DNA of 64,000 bases from Tilletiaria anomala UBC 951 (taxonomy: Eukaryota): contig NW_013547021.1 of the NCBI RefSeq assembly GCF_000711695.1, positions 310,001 through 374,000 on the forward strand, read 5' to 3'. The notes under the pieces were generated by a model, which was not told the DNA's origin, made no database searches, and worked only from the letters and a program-made list of their open reading frames with translations. A program made the position numbers and the translations under genes. Shown here one piece after another: positions 11,553 through 22,545 of the stretch (its first letter is position 1; each line of letters starts with the position of its first letter).

Positions 11553-13688
11553 TTAGGCAAAGCTCGGCACTGCACCCAGATGGGGAGGCTGATTTTGCGA
11601 CTGCAACCACGTCCTCGCATGATGAGGATGCTGATGCGGATACTGGTGCTGATGCTGGTGCTGATGCCGGTGTTGGTGCTGCTGATACTGATACTGGAGC
11701 ATGTGCTGCTGCAAAGGAAGAAGATGCGGCGCTTGCTGCTGCTGATGAAGGTAAGAAGGGAAGACACCATTGATCTTGGCAAGCGCAGGGGTGACAAAAG
11801 GAAGGATGTTGCCGCTATCCTGGCGCTGATGGCACTGATGCTGATCCTCGTTGAAGGTAACCGGGTACTTAATAGGTAATGAAATGCTGGCAAAGGACGC
11901 TGGGGATTGATGATGCTGTTGGATTGGATGCAGATTAAAAGGATGCTTGTTTGTGCTCTGGACTGGTGCCAAATGAAGCGTCTGATGCGGGCCCGGGTGG
12001 TTCTGTGCCTGGCGCTGCAGATGCTGACGTGCAAGATTCTCCAAATGAGCTTGAAACCCAGGTTGCATGTAGGCCGGTGCTGCACAAGCACCATAGTTCG
12101 AGCCAGAAAGGGAGCCCTGCGAGGCGTTGCTCACGAGCGAGCCACTGCTCGTACCACTGCCGCTGCTGCTCGCACCAGCCGTGATGTTGTACATGAGCGC
12201 AGCGGCATTCATGGGATTCTGGACTTCGGCCTCCGCTTCGGTCAGAGCGCGCAGTGCTGCAGCTCGCTGGCGGCGGAGCGCTCGGCCTGCACCGCGACCT
12301 CGCGAACGCCTGCCTCGAGCGCGCGCCTTCTTGTCGCCTTGCTGCTCCTCCAATTGCTGTTGGATGGTGCTCCAATCGGTGAAGCTTCCAACGGCTTGTT
12401 CGCCAGCTAAGCTCTCTCCCGAGCCGAACGCAGCAGCTGCAGCCTTGTAGAAGCTGGCGGTACCATCTTGCATCGCAGGGCGCATGCCATAAGGCAGCGG
12501 CAAGGCAGGGTACTTGGGGGACGACTGGGGTAGGGTCCATCCCTGCTGCATGCTCAAGGACGCCTTTCCACCATGACTATTGCGCTGTCCAGAGATATTG
12601 GAAAGCGAGGGTTGCTTTGTGATTGGCTTCGCCATTCCAAGCTTGACGCCGCCGCTGACAACGGACACATTGCCTTTGTCGTAGATCTGCACAGTCTCTT
12701 TCTTCGTACCTTGTGGCAAAGGGGCAGACGCAGCACGCGTCATGACAGCGACGTAACCGGGTGGCGCAAGTGTGGCTTTGAAAGCGCCATTGGCTGTTGC
12801 GAGCACAGAGGAGATAGCAAGCTGCTGTGGGTTGGCAGGGGTTACGGTGACGTCGCCTGCTTGGTCCATTGAGTCGTCACTCATAAAGTTGAGCAGACCG
12901 AGCGAGTTGGCACATTCGACAAGCTCGTCATCGTCAGCCGATATATCGCTGAATCCACAAAGGCTACTGGCTGCGTCTTCATCGTCGCTGCTTCCAGAGT
13001 AACTGCTAAGACTGCTGGTCGTGTACGCCGAAAGGGGCTCTGAGAAAGGACTGCTGACGCAGGAGCTGCCGTTCGAAAGGCTGCGCGGTGTCATCAGGTC
13101 GGCGGGGGAATGGCTGTGATTCGATGAGCTAGACGTGTTCGTGCGCGTACGTGCAGCTGATGCGGTACAAAGGCTGGACGGTCGCTCGTGCGAACGGAGC
13201 ATGGTGAGGTTGCGGTCATCGCTGCTGCATAGCTTGACGGGCGCAGGGGTGGAACGAATGGCTTTTGACGGCAGATTGCCCCAAATAACCTTGAATTCGC
13301 CGTTAGACGCAGCGAATGGTACGGCGCTTTTGCAATCTTTGCGCATGGACACGCAGCCGGGATCGACCCAAATGATGAAGGCCGTAGGTAATAGCTGCTG
13401 CAGTGCGGATATTGGCGATTGTGCTGCGGTGACAGCGGCACGGCAAGCCTGCTGAATGGCTTCATCCGACCCATCACTCGAACCATCAGCGTGCCAAAAG
13501 AGCGCGCGTGCAGCTGAGCCACGGTCAGGCTCTTCCGGGTGCCAGATGTTGAGGTAGCGCCGGGTTAGGGACGTGGCCAAGGTGGACCTGAACGCATCTG
13601 ATGCCGCTTGCGTCCAAGCGAAGCTTGATGATGTGTCTTGTGCAAGTGCTGCGATATAGGCCGTCGCCGCAGCGATTTCTTCCAGCAT
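11553..13688 (-). CDS. BTG/Tob (APRO) domain protein with Ser-rich middle and Gln/His-rich tail (~711 aa)
   Basis: Box A-like RRYLNIWHPEEPDRGSAAR and Box B-like LLPTAFIIWVDPGCVSMR in the N-terminal ~120 aa. Single coding exon. Candidate 5'UTR intron at 13714-13788 and TATA-like element near 13812. Confidence 0.8.
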   Translation of the reverse strand: MLEEIAAATAYIAALAQDTSSSFAWTQAASDAFRSTLATSLTRRYLNIWHPEEPDRGSAARALFWHADGSSDGSDEAIQQACRAAVTAAQSPISALQQLLPTAFIIWVDPGCVSMRKDCKSAVPFAASNGEFKVIWGNLPSKAIRSTPAPVKLCSSDDRNLTMLRSHERPSSLCTASAARTRTNTSSSSNHSHSPADLMTPRSLSNGSSCVSSPFSEPLSAYTTSSLSSYSGSSDDEDAASSLCGFSDISADDDELVECANSLGLLNFMSDDSMDQAGDVTVTPANPQQLAISSVLATANGAFKATLAPPGYVAVMTRAASAPLPQGTKKETVQIYDKGNVSVVSGGVKLGMAKPITKQPSLSNISGQRNSHGGKASLSMQQGWTLPQSSPKYPALPLPYGMRPAMQDGTASFYKAAAAAFGSGESLAGEQAVGSFTDWSTIQQQLEEQQGDKKARARGRRSRGRGAGRALRRQRAAALRALTEAEAEVQNPMNAAALMYNITAGASSSGSGTSSGSLVSNASQGSLSGSNYGACAAPAYMQPGFQAHLENLARQHLQRQAQNHPGPHQTLHLAPVQSTNKHPFNLHPIQQHHQSPASFASISLPIKYPVTFNEDQHQCHQRQDSGNILPFVTPALAKINGVFPSYLHQQQQAPHLLPLQQHMLQYQYQQHQHRHQHQHQHQYPHQHPHHARTWLQSQNQPPHLGAVPSFA
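11620..11700 (-). repeat. Imperfect hexanucleotide repeat encoding an (HQ)n tract in the BTG-domain protein
   Basis: Repeated ctggtg/ctgatg units on the + strand translate as QQHQHRHQHQHQHQYPHQHPHH. Confidence 0.8.
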
Positions 13689-15904
13689 GATGACGTGCAC
13701 GAGAGAAATACGACTGCAGGAATGGACTTGGTAGAGGGTCAGGATCCAGTAGTCGAGTGAGGCGCGAAGAGAAGAGCGCAGAACTTACCTCGATTTCATA
13801 CACTCTTAGTCTATATAGGCCGCAGGTTCTAGTGAAGTAGTCATGCAGCCATGCACATGGCCGGGCCAAGGAGCAGCATCGCAGCCTGCCCACCAGCAGC
13901 TATGGGCCAAGGTGTGTAAAAGAGAACCGTCGAGGGTCACGATGCTGCGATTGACTGGCATCTATGCACCTGTTTCATCTTGTCATTGTCGAACGTCTAC
14001 ACATGTACCTATGACCGCACAATCGAAGTGGAATCCATGTCTCCACAGTGGGGCGCTTTGCGCCTTGCGCTTGGCGAGCGGCGTTCGAGCAGCGGACACT
14101 GCGACAACGCATGAGAGAGTGGAGACCCGAGACCAATTTCCGCATGCCAGATCTCCCGCCAGTGGTATGTGCGGTGTGCCACTGGCCGGAGATGCCGCCT
14201 GCCTGATTGGGGATGTTAGTGGACATCGTCTGGACATCTTCCAGCTTTGGAACAAACTAAAAGAAAAGTTGAGGAGCATGCACTCCGGACTACACAGCGC
14301 GAGTTGTGCAGCGGTCGCGAGGCATGTGGGCAGCAAATACACGCACATCGCTCGCACACAACATGGCCCAATTGACACAGACACCATGCACCGGGACGAT
14401 CGAGCCGATCCAGCTTGGTACATAAGCAATGTCAGTCGAGAGCCGTCGAGAGTGATGCCGCTTTGTGCGAGACATAGAATACGATGGGGTTTTTGTTGGT
14501 TGAGCATGTCCCCTTGCAACTTCCGTTTTAGGCTACAGGCGAGGTCAGCGCAACGGTTAGCTGCTCTGTTGTTGACCAGTCGACCAGCTTTCCGCCCAGC
14601 GCGACTCTTTGGCTTCTATCGCACTACGCTGCGACGCCGTCACCTAGCGAAATGACCCCCTAACCTGTGCCAGGCGGCTCCTTGCAGCGAGACGATTCCT
14701 ATTTGATGTTCGTCTCCATTTGTTTACGTGTCTCCCTATTGCACTAGACTCTCTCCACCCATAAACACTCTGCTCTGTTTCTTCCATCATCTCATCACTC
14801 TTCCGAACTTCTGGTCTACGGATAGCCCGTATGTACTCTTAAGTACGTATGTACCTACAAACTTGGGACGTACGCTTGTGGATGGAGGTACATACATACA
14901 TGCCCCGTTTGGCCTTGGATATTGCACATTTGTTCTCCCGCCAGCCGCGCCATCATGTTGTCACATCCCTTTTGTGCGGGCTGCAGCACTCTCATTCCCG
15001 GCGCATTGACGCGATGCGATCAGTGACACGAGAGAATTGCATCATCTCATCATCGCAATATCGTTGATCGCGTTTAAGGGAGCAGTCATCAACAAATGTC
15101 ATTGCGCTTGGACGGATCATCCGAATCAGAGCGATGGCATGCGAAGGAGAGTGGAGCGAGGCCCATTCCTCAATTTCTGGATTGATTCATAGGTCAAGCA
15201 GTCAATCGCCAAGCTTCAATATTTCAAGGCTGCCTCAAGTTCCAAGATGTTCAAGCATCAATCTCAAATATAACGGGCTTAAAGAAGAGCTCATCCCCAC
15301 TTTTTGCACATTGGCTTTGTAACGCAATGGGCCTTGCGGTCTCGCAGCTGCAGAGCACACCGGCGCTGACTGCCGAGGCTGCGCTCGTTCTTTCGGGAAA
15401 AGGGAATGTGAACAATATCGATGAAGGAGAGAATCTGGTGACCCAGCTCAGTGCATATTCTGATGAGCTCGGCGTCTCTGTACAGGTCAAATCGCGCGTA
15501 TAGTACATGCTGAAGAGTCATTGGGTCAGACTTGCAAAGATGGATCAACATACATTTTCATTCAAAAAAGCAAGCAGGCGGAAACGAGAAATGGACAGGT
15601 GTGACAATCCTAAAAATGGTATGGTACTAGGTGCGCATGCGAGTATGATGAGGCGAACGGACCTTGGGCAGGAGGGGTATGCGCCCTAAACAATCACGGT
15701 TTGCATAGATAGCTCCCCTACCCCTCGCTCGACCATCTTGGAGCTCCCAAGAATGAATAGGCAAGACGTTTTGACAAGTCTGAGTTTGCTGCTTCGAATT
15801 GACTGATGATTGTTGGAGGCTTGGCGGATGGCAGTTGTTAATTATCGGTTGCGTATCGGATCTGTGATGGTATTGCGAGCCCAGCTATGCGATGCGATTG
15901 GACG

Positions 15905-18517
15905 TTAGTTACCCGCGGCGATCGAAAAGCCCGTCTCAGGCCCGCTCGTGACGACGCCGTTGGTGGAGTTCGAGAGGTTGCCGTTCGGCTTTGAGCTTAC
16001 TCGGCCTGAGGTCGGAAGGTTACCGACGTTCTTCGGCTCTGGCTGGTTCGAAGATACAATGCTGAACGCAGGGGAGTGCCAGTCAGGGCGGCCGGCCTGT
16101 TCAGCCTTGGCAGCGTCTGAGCGCTCGTCGATGCGGTTGACCCAGCCGCTCTTGTCACCCATGTTGGGCAGGATCGAGTTCCTCTTGCTGGTTGCCAGCT
16201 TAAAGGTACCTTTCTTCTTTGTCAGAGCATCGTCAGAGCCGACCTTCTGCTTCGCCACGTCGACTGCACTGGTCTCCGGATCCTGTTTGGATGCATCGAG
16301 TTGGTTGAACAGATCAACGAGCTCGACGTCCGCCTTCTCCAGCCCCTCAGTGATACCGCGCTCGATCGCATTCTTGATCTGCTTCTTGATCAACGACGAC
16401 GCAAGCGGCTTGAAGATCTTGATGAGCAGGTCGTGCTTGCTGTGACGGATGGCAAAGTCCATGCGGTGGACATTCGCTTTAACCTGCTTGACGGTGAAGA
16501 CATGCCTTCTCTGCTTGCCCTTCGGCACGCTGGAAGCCTCGAGGAGAACGGTGACGGTGAGGCCCTTGCCGCCAACAAGGATGTCGGCGACACCTTGGTC
16601 CTTCATCTTGGGGAAGCCAGACTTCTTGCGGATGGCGAAGTGGATGTCGCGCATGTCCGTTTGAATCTGGCTGAGCGTGATCTTGAACGAGTGCCGGTGG
16701 ACATCGCCGAGCTTGTTGAACCGCGACATCTTGAAGTAGTTGCGAGCGTCAATCTCCACAATGTTAGGCAAGAGGTTGGCAGCGTCGAGAGTGAGGTTCT
16801 CGATGACAACGTCGACGGCCTCGTCGCTGTACTCGATACGAGGAATAGGAATTAGACCGATGTGGCTCATAAGCTCGGGCAGGATAGGGTCGCGAACGTC
16901 CTTCCAGAGATGAGACTTAAAGGTTGCCTTGCCCTCTGCGTCGAGAAACAGGTCTTGGGTAAGACGTTTCCAGTCCTCGCCGAACTTTTTGTTGAGCGGG
17001 TCATTTCCCATGGCAAGGAAGAAGCTCTGAATCTCGTCAAAGAGCTGTGTGCAAATGTAAGCAAGTCAGCGGCAGCCGAAAGAAGATGATGCAACGCTTT
17101 TGTACACACCCTATCTTTGTGAGCGACATACTTGCCCTGCTCACGGCCATCGGCGGCGACGAAGAACTTCTTACCGGACTCGACGAGCTGACGAGCCTGC
17201 GTGTTGGCTTCATCCTTCATGATGAAGCCGGGCAATTGGAGACAGCTCCTTAAGAATTTGTCGAGCTTGCTGAACCAGTCCTTGAGCTCAGGGTCATTCC
17301 TGACGTCAGTGTAGATCTGGTCTATGGCGTCGACCATGGGCTGCGTAGATTTTCCATTGGCGAAACGCTCGATCAAGGTGCGGAAAGTCGCCTCGGCAGT
17401 CTGGACGTTGCCTTCAGCGCGAGCGTTGGTTGCGCTGCTCTCCACCTGGGCGGCGATTGACTTGGCGTGGCCGGTGTAGTGCTCAAAGGCAGTCAAAAAG
17501 AATTCCATCGCGTCTTGGTACTCGTGGTGACGCTGGCATTCGACCACAACCTTCTTGAGACGGTAGATGAACTGGTCCCGGCGCGCCTTGGGGAACTTCT
17601 CCTTGACATAATTCTTGGTCTTCTCGGTGTGCTCTTCGATCACCTGCTTGCGGTTTTCGGGGATCTTGTCCAAAGTGCTGGCCTTGACAGCGCCCAGGAT
17701 GTTGTTCACGTTCTCCTTGACGGGTGCATTAAGGTCGGTGGCCTTGTCTGCAGCCTCTGTGCCGTCTTCCTTGGCCTTATCAGCGGCTTCAGGCAGCTTC
17801 TTAACCTTCTTGAACGTCTGAGGAATGTCTTCGTGGAAGTGGTTGTCGGGTGCAGGGTGGTCGACCTTGGCCAGCTTCTCCTCTTCCGGGCGAGCAATGT
17901 CGGCGGCCTTGGAGGCAGCATCGGCGAAGACGTCTCGTCCAATGAGTGCAAAGTCGTTGAACAGCTTGCGCAGCTCGCCGTTGCGCAAGAAGAGCTTGAT
18001 GAGCGAGCGCAATGCCTTTCCAGCGGTCTCGGCATCATTTTGGGCGTCCTCCTTGGCGACTGGAGCCTTGACACCGACGCGGTCGGTGACATCGGCTTTG
18101 CGAGAAGCGAAGAGGAACTTCTGGAATTCCTCGTGCGAGTTCTTCTGCAGCACCATCTGGCGTGCGGTCTCGATGATTTCGCGCACATCGGCGATCAGGC
18201 GCTGACCATCAGGTGACAGCTTGGAGACGTCTATTGGGCTTTGCTGGATGGTGTACCTGAGTGCATTCTAGGCGAGCGAAAATGTCAAAGGTTAGGTATA
18301 ACGAATGCCAAGCCAGCGCACCGTTTTCCAGGTATTAACTCACATCAATTTGCTCATTGTCTGGGTAGCGCCCCTCGCGGAAGGCCTGCAGAACGCCGTA
18401 GAAGCGCATCTTGCGGTCGACGTCCGCCGCCTTCTGCTTGGGGTCGACAGCCTTGGTGACAGCATTCTTGTCGGGTGACTCAGAGATCTGTGACGTGGCC
18501 AGTGCGACCTGTGACAT
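15905..18517 (-). CDS. Conserved fungal HAM1-like / DUF4449-type protein with a BPI-like C-terminal region (introns 18268-18343, 17045-17109; ~823 aa)
   Basis: In-frame 3-exon model with strong codon bias. Recognised segments GRYPDNEQID, RRDQFIYRLKKVVVECQRH, IPIPRIEYSD and SKHDLLIKIFKPL. TATAAAA on the minus strand near 18670-18677. Confidence 0.8.
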
Positions 18518-20786
18518 GATGAGTACGGTTCGTGCCCGTCTCCTTGGACGAATTGTTTGAAAAGCTCAAAGCTTAAGGCATATGAAACGTGCGGGTATCT
18601 CTGGTCACACTTTCTTGCACTTGGTGTGGGGAATGCAAGTCGATGAAAAGTTCGGAAACAGGCGTTTGACTTTTATACAGGAAGGGGGGTTCAGTCGATG
18701 TGGAACCCCATTGCGATGGCCATTGCCATGGTGACTGGCTTGCTCTGCATTAAGTGCAACTTTTATCCATTCACAAACAGCAACTTTTGCTCGCCGCTGA
18801 TTTGTCTTCGCGCCGTGACCGAGTATAGACGCTGGTGGATGGCATAGCATGGCTCTGGCGATTATGGACTGCATCTGAAATTTCGGGACGTATTGGGTAT
18901 CCCCACTAGACATATGACGTAGTAGCGCATTTTCGCTTTCCGCTACTCTCGCTATGCGCAACTTTTTGAGTGAATCTAGGTTCAGTAGGCGCGAGCCGGG
19001 TCACCTTGCTCAGAAAACCGATGCAAGTCCGCCGGTCTCTCTTTTGGTCAAAATCTACACGCCCCACGTGATTGACAACTTGTGATGCGTGCAACATCTC
19101 GCAGCTGTAGGCGTAATAAATAACTGATGTGAGGTGGTCGTGAAAGGACGGTTTGAAAAAACGTCCTGCCGAGCATAGACAAGACGCCACCTCATCAGCA
19201 GGTGTGGAGCAGAAGCCGGCGGCGAGTGACACAGCCTCGGACGATCGCACAATAATACCTTTGCACCAGGCGGCCCCCAGGGCGGATGCGTCGGCTTGAA
19301 TTCGGTCATATGTACGGTATGCAGCTTTCATGGAAGGTCTGATCAAGGTGTTGCAATGTTGAGGACTACCAGGGAGGTTTAATTTGCTCCGGAGACTATG
19401 CAAAGAAGCGAGCGGCTCCGGAGCTTTACACAAAAGTTGATGAAACATTCGCCGCCAGCCTATGCATGGATTCGTGATGACTTGCAGGGGTTGAATATGT
19501 TGTCAGCTGGTAAAATATCGAAAGTTGATATTGATGAGAACCGCGTACGGACAGCCTATGGCATCAAGACCTTTTGTGCAGACTGTGGCAGCAATAGGAG
19601 AAGGCATGACGGCGGGCGCTCTCCTGGTGCCAATTCAACTCAAAGGTACTCTTGCGTGGCTATCTAAAACCCAAACCGCTCAGATATTCCGGACCCAACG
19701 AATTGCCTCTCCAGTTGTCCGTCTCCGCTCCCTATGATGTGCTGATTGTTCACCTACGAGTTCATTCACTGTTTACGAGCATTCTCAATCTCCATGAGTT
19801 CCTTTTTGCGGAATGCGCGCTCAAGCGAAGCGCGGCAGCACAATAGGCGAATCGTGAAGTCGGACACATGGATAGGTGACGAGGGTCCACTCGTATGCGA
19901 ACCCTCAACTGTCTTATCCTTACATTAACCCTTGAATGCTGTCAGATACGCAACTGCTGAACAGCCTCTTTCGCACTCTACGCAAGTTCACATTCGGGAT
20001 ATTTGACAATGAAGAAAATGCGATAATGTCCGTCTCCATGGCGTTGCTACTCATTTATTGTCCGATAGATCTACTAGCGTCATGTATACGACGCAATCGC
20101 GCTCGGCAGTGAATTCAGCACCATGGCTCCTCAGGGCAACATGCAGAGCACTACAGCGCAAGCTGAGCAGGCTTCGGGTAAGACGAAAGCTTTGACAGAC
20201 CCGAGCCTTGAGTCGCTAGTGGCGCAAGCCTAGCAAGATGTAGCCGAGGAAGGTTTATCTGATGCTACTTGCGTCATTGAGCCGATGGAGAAGGGTGGCC
20301 ATCAGCTAGGTGGGCAAGAAGTCGTTCCTGGAGGGACTAAATGACGGCATTCTTTCAAGTCCACTCAATCCTCAGCCACCGAAGAAACAGTCATGAATGA
20401 GCCCTTCATTCCAAGGAATGCAAAAGCCCCACTCGTTCACATTGAAGCAGCCAAAGATGCCAATTTCACCGAACAGGTCAAAGGCACAGCAAGTACTTTG
20501 CAGGTAGGATCACCAATAATGACAAGGAAATGACACAAGGCGCTGCAAAGCTCCGAGCGAGCTCTAAAGACGTGGGCAGTTGCATCGCTTTGTGCAACCG
20601 GGTGCAATGTTCCGAAGGCAGGTTAAGGTGAAGCGACTGTATATCAGCTTTCAAGGCGCACATCAGCGCTGCCGAGCAGCATGCTCAAGTGAAGATGGGG
20701 ATCGACGGAGCAAGAGATCGGTCCAGCATGTAGGTTGGGAGCGATCGTCATCCTCATTGCTTACGCAGTTGTAAATGCTCCAGGAT

Positions 20787-21660
20787 TTACTCGAGAATCT
20801 TCTTATCCACCACCTTGCCCTGCTCGTCAATCTTGTAGACGATGGGTACGCCAGTGGCAAGCTCCGTGTTGACAATTTCCTCGCCAGACCTACGAAGACG
20901 AATATTCAGCTTCTGCTCGTGAGAGAATGCACAACAATGCGCGACTCACATGCCCTCCAGCTCCTTGATCATGGAACGCAAGGAGTTTCCGTGGGCAGTG
21001 ACCAGAACCGACTTGCCCTTGAGGACTTCGGGCTTGATCTTCGCCTCATAGTACGGGAGAACACGCTTGCCAGTCAGCTCCAGCGACTCGCCCCCGGGAG
21101 GGGGGACATCGTAGGAGCGGCGCCAGATGTGCACCTGCTCCTCGCCGAACTTCTTCCTGGCGTCATCTTTGTTGAGACCAGTGAGCTCGCCGTAGTCTCG
21201 TTCGTTGAGCGCCTGGTCCTGGGTGACTGGGATGCCCTCCTGGTCGATCTCCTTGAGCTGGATCGCAAGCGTGGTCTGCGCGCGTTGGAGAGCCGAGGTG
21301 AACGCCATGTCAAAGTGGGTGTAACCTCCCTCCTTGAGGTTCTTGGCTCCCTTGAGCGCCTCCTCCTTTCCCAAGTCGGTCAGCGCCGGGTCTTTCCAGC
21401 CGGTGAACTGTGGGTAACGCAAGGTAGTCTTATGAGCAGCTAAATTCTGGCTGCACATAAATTCGGCACGCACCAAGTTAAGCTTGTTCCACTCGGACTG
21501 GCCGTGGCGAGTGAGGACAAGAGTTCTGCAAGGTCGCCGAAAACATAGATCCGTACAGGTCAGGATCCGTATCACATTAACGTCAGAAATTGAGAAATAG
21601 ACGGCGAAGAGTGTGACCGGCCCTCCGACCTGACGCGCTTCGCGCCACTCACCCGACCAT
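20787..21660 (-). CDS. GPM1: 2,3-bisphosphoglycerate-dependent phosphoglycerate mutase, short type (exons 21660-21653, 21525-21474, 21407-20950, 20889-20787; 206 aa)
   Basis: [48 protein letters not shown] and AHGNSLR; three GT-AG introns keep frame. Confidence 0.95.
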
Positions 21661-22545
21661 CTTGAGCTGAGTATATATTCGTGTGTATGTAACTGTCTAT
21701 GGGATCCGTGCTGATGGAGAGAATGCATGAAAAGGAATCGCTCTTAGTCCCACCTCAAGGAACAATAGTGAGAAGAACACGGTGAGAGGCTGCGAACTTT
21801 GGAAACGATGGCGAGCGCTGAAGCAGAGAGAAGCGGTATGTGTTGGTTGGGTATAACTCCTCACGGGCTTGGCACGCACTCTCTCGCTCTCACTCTCTCT
21901 TTTTTTCTGCCTGTGGGATTGAATCAAATCGCTGCACTGCATTCTGGGGACATTGAGATTGGGGTTGGCCCGAGCGTATCAATATATATCACGTGACTAT
22001 CTCGAAGTACGTCTCCTGATGTTCTCCAACCCAATCACGGCTGCAATTGACGTGTCCACCCTTCGCGTCTTTCTCCTCGGCAAATCTGGAAGTTCTTACA
22101 TCCAACTCACGTCGTTATCGGTACTCTGTTTCCGAGAAGGGTTCGAGCTGCGAATCAGCAGCCATATTCTGCACATTGCAAGACAACTGGACAGCCGTGA
22201 GTGCGTCAACAGGCGTCGCAATGGTAGAACGCAGCCAGCTTCATGCTCGACTGACGGTGTATCGTGCATCCCTTCGTCGTCACCAATGTCGCTGAATCAC
22301 GAGGAGATGCTGACTGGGACGGGTTATTCTCCGTATGTTTTCTGGACGCACAAACTGCGTCTTCGAAGTGCTTTGCGCTGTGACTCTAAAAGACAGTGTC
22401 CCTTGCGGGCGACGGATGTATATATGAAAGGCCGAACGATTATCCTGCATCTTGTCTCCTCCTTGATCGCACTCTGATCAACAAATCATTCGTCCCAACA
22501 ATAATCAGACGACAGAGACTAGTCTTCTGCTCAATCTCTTCCAAT

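Noticed and set aside
11475..11879. Leu/Met-rich hydrophobic ORF resembling a membrane protein
   Set aside because: It is the reverse complement of the Gln/His repeat in the BTG-domain gene.
13843..14655. 270-aa ORF upstream of the BTG gene
   Set aside because: Random-like Arg/Cys/His-rich composition, no codon bias or domain; it lies in promoter DNA.
20740..20789. Cryptic peroxisomal targeting by stop readthrough at GPM1, a mechanism known for some smut glycolytic enzymes
   Set aside because: The stop is TAA ATC rather than TGA CTA, and the extension ends LRKQ, not a PTS1. No other stop I examined in the window has TGA CTA context.
21953..22477. 174-aa ORF between GPM1 and the ADH pseudogene
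   Set aside because: Non-ATG start in the track, no motifs or codon bias; it cannot be distinguished from chance.
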